From contig OZ219856.1 in the NCBI GenBank assembly GCA_964291395.2, positions 1,792,001-1,856,000 on the forward strand: 64,000 bases of DNA, in the 5' to 3' direction. The stretch's first letter is position 1. Each line of letters starts with the position of its first letter. This stretch comes from Alphaproteobacteria bacterium (GTDB lineage Bacteria; Pseudomonadota; Alphaproteobacteria; UBA2966). The notes below the pieces were generated by a model. It did not search any database and was not told where the DNA came from. It saw only the letters and a list, made by a program, of their open reading frames with translations. Positions 62,830 through 64,000 of the stretch are shown here, one piece after another. Position numbers and translations under genes: made by a program.

Positions 62830-63876
62830 CTAGACGCGATCGCGCAGCATCAGCTCTCTGGGACAGGGCGACAGATAGGTTTGTCCGGCGAGATAGGCCA
62901 CGTCATGCAGCCGCACGAAATGGCGAATCAACGTAACCGGAACAATGAGGGGCGCGAGTCCCAGACGATAGTCCTCGATCGCCCGATGAAGTTCCGCCTT
63001 GCTTCCTTCATCCAGCAGATTCTTCAGGTGTCCCGCCATGTGCTGAAGAACGTTGGCGTGTTTGCGTATGGTCGCGGGCCGCGCGAGGGCGGCCATGAAC
63101 AATGCCCGGTAATCACTGGTCAGTCCTTTTCGGGGGGTGCCTTTCGCGCCCGCTACGAGGCGGCCCAGCTCCGCATGGGCCTTCGGATCATGTGCCGATA
63201 GGAGAAACTTCTCCGCGGTGTGGAACGCCACCAAATCGCCGACCTGCCAACGACCCGAAAGCGTGGTCTTGAGGCGCCGGTAGGCGAAAACCCGTTCGAT
63301 GAAGTTCTCGCGCAAGGTGGAATCGTTGAGGCGGCCCTCCTCCTCCACGGGCAGGTCGGGGATCGCGTCTACGAGCGCGCCGGCGAACGATCCCCGGCCG
63401 TCGCGCGAAGGCGCGCCGCCTGTTCCATAGACCCGAACACGGAACAACCCGCAGCTCGGAGAGTCCTTCTTGAGGATGTACCCGTGGAGATCGAGATCTC
63501 GCAGCTCGGCAGCCCGCTTCGCCGCAAATCGGCGCATCCCGGCGGAATAATCCTTACCGCTGTTCACTCCCCGCAGACGCGGTCCGTCTTCGCCGCGAAC
63601 CAGGCGGATGGGCTCACGCGGCGTGCTCATGCCCATCTCGACCTCCGGGCACACCGCGATGTATCTTACGAACGGCGCCAGCGTCTCCGTGACGAAGGCG
63701 CTGCGCTTATGGCCTCCATCGTAGCGAACGTTCTCCCCCAGCAGACACCTTGACACCCCGATGCGAATCTCCCCGTGGGCCGCGTCGCCCGGGCGGGGTC
63801 CGCGGACCAAGGGGCCTCGAGTCACGATGCGAGTCTTTTCGTCACGGGAGGTCCGGCGTAACACGCGTGTCAACAA
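62830..63876 (-). CDS. DUF523-DUF1722 fusion (YbgA/2-thiouracil desulfurase-like)
   Basis: GVSRCLLGENVRYDGGH, VCPEVE, KKDSPSCG, EEEGRLND, FHTAEK, YLAGQTYL. The start may be downstream of 63876. Confidence 0.9.
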   Translation of the reverse strand: MLTRVLRRTSRDEKTRIVTRGPLVRGPRPGDAAHGEIRIGVSRCLLGENVRYDGGHKRSAFVTETLAPFVRYIAVCPEVEMGMSTPREPIRLVRGEDGPRLRGVNSGKDYSAGMRRFAAKRAAELRDLDLHGYILKKDSPSCGLFRVRVYGTGGAPSRDGRGSFAGALVDAIPDLPVEEEGRLNDSTLRENFIERVFAYRRLKTTLSGRWQVGDLVAFHTAEKFLLSAHDPKAHAELGRLVAGAKGTPRKGLTSDYRALFMAALARPATIRKHANVLQHMAGHLKNLLDEGSKAELHRAIEDYRLGLAPLIVPVTLIRHFVRLHDVAYLAGQTYLSPCPRELMLRDRV

Positions 63877-63918
63877 AGCATGGTGTCAACGGGCGGCGGG
63901 CGTCTGCAATCATCGATC

Positions 63919-64000
63919 ATGGCCGATCATGACATGAACGACAACTCGTCCGCCGGGCCCGTCGTCCCGGCCGTCGTTTTCGACTGGGCCGGAACACTCG
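63919..64000 (+). CDS. phnX: Phosphonoacetaldehyde hydrolase, N-terminus only (runs off the right edge)
   Basis: ..AVVFDWAGTL is the HAD motif I typical of phosphonatase; only 27 codons are visible. Confidence 0.65.
   Translation, partial: MADHDMNDNSSAGPVVPAVVFDWAGTL

Overview
GC-rich alphaproteobacterial chromosome segment, judged from the valS-popZ-tolC-pcm-tRNA-Cys synteny and an Irr regulator. A housekeeping block (1-5.2 kb) is followed by a CoA-transferase/flavoprotein operon, tRNA-Asn, and irr-katG with ICE-box-like sites. Then comes a long accessory catabolic region (about 17-60 kb) with cyclic amidohydrolases, three Rieske oxygenases, CoA ligases, ABC and orphan TRAP binding proteins, amidases, an IS630 element, an IS3 remnant and several pseudogenes. 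The window ends with a two-component system plus EF-hand protein, a YbgA-type gene and the start of phnX. The main discovery is at 43688-45232 (-). The two ORFs there are in one frame, separated by a single TGA that falls at the position of the second catalytic Cys (C180) of linalool dehydratase/isomerase. The TGA is followed by a hairpin whose GGUCU loop lies at the same distance as in the E. coli fdhF SECIS. This is a candidate selenocysteine-containing Ldi-like (de)hydratase of 514 aa. All family assignments come from motif recognition; no database searches were run.
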